Shown in pieces: positions 26,855 through 27,008 of a DNA stretch of 27,008 nt (position 1 is its first letter; each line of letters opens with the position of its first letter). The notes under the pieces were generated by a model. It ran no database searches. It saw only the letters and a program-made list of their open reading frames with translations, and had not been told where the DNA came from. The stretch covers positions 1-27,008 of the forward strand of contig JBMYNR010000022.1 of the NCBI GenBank assembly GCA_049598495.1, in the 5' to 3' direction. The position numbers and the translations under genes are program-made. The stretch is from Opitutales bacterium (GTDB taxonomy: Bacteria > Verrucomicrobiota > Verrucomicrobiia > Opitutales > Coraliomargaritaceae).

Positions 26855-26930
26855 TGGAGCCGAAGATCGGATTTGAACCGACGACCTACTCATTACGAAT
26901 GAGTTGCTCTACCAGCTGAGCTACTTCGGC
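26855..26930 (-). tRNA. tRNA-Thr (anticodon CGT)
   Basis: Reverse complement GCCGAAGTAGCTCAGCTGGTAGAGCAACTCATTCGTAATGAGTAGGTCGTCGGTTCAAATCCGATCTTCGGCTCCA; anticodon arm ACTCA-TTCGTAA-TGAGT, encoded CCA. Confidence 0.97.
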
Positions 26931-27008
26931 GTTTTGCTGTCTCAACGCGAGACTCCACGCGAAAATTTGCAACCGCTCACGTGAGCACCGTCAACCTAAA
27001 AGGCGCGG

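Noticed and set aside
5663..26930. Genomic island bounded by either tRNA
   Set aside because: No integrase, no duplicated tRNA 3' end seen, and the content is core housekeeping.
1..27008. CRISPR array, rRNA, tmRNA, SRP RNA, IS elements, defence operons
   Set aside because: No regularly spaced repeats, conserved RNA signatures, transposase or nuclease motifs seen by eye.

Overview
A gene-dense window (GC roughly 50-55% by eye) made almost entirely of housekeeping genes, from a bacterium that looks like a Verrucomicrobiota/Opitutales member (inference from protein styles, not checked). In order: the 3' end of a lower-GC hypothetical gene; a minus-strand block (menH-like hydrolase, cyclophilin, cobA-hemD fusion, hemC, ilvC, ilvN, tRNA-Val, YbdG-type MscS channel); a secreted LolA-like protein; a Lon N-domain protein and a Cdd1/HhH protein; an AraC HTH fragment, a signal-less ApbE and a TIGR03663 GT-C membrane protein; dapL; panC-nadB-panE; divergent glmS/glgC; a universal stress protein; lgt; LysM-parB-EVE converging on a Cys/His-motif 'glycosylase'-labelled protein and a DUF983 gene; a tandem FKBP; trpF; tRNA-Thr. 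I found no transposase, integrase, CRISPR array or rRNA. No new system is demonstrated by the sequence alone. The best leads are tRNA-Val sitting where ilvB normally sits upstream of ilvN-ilvC, the coupled GT-C/ApbE/mini-AraC cassette, the orphan parB-EVE/'glycosylase' cluster, two structured intergenic elements (201-303 and 26697-26826), and an AGCT cluster in the glmS/glgC promoter.
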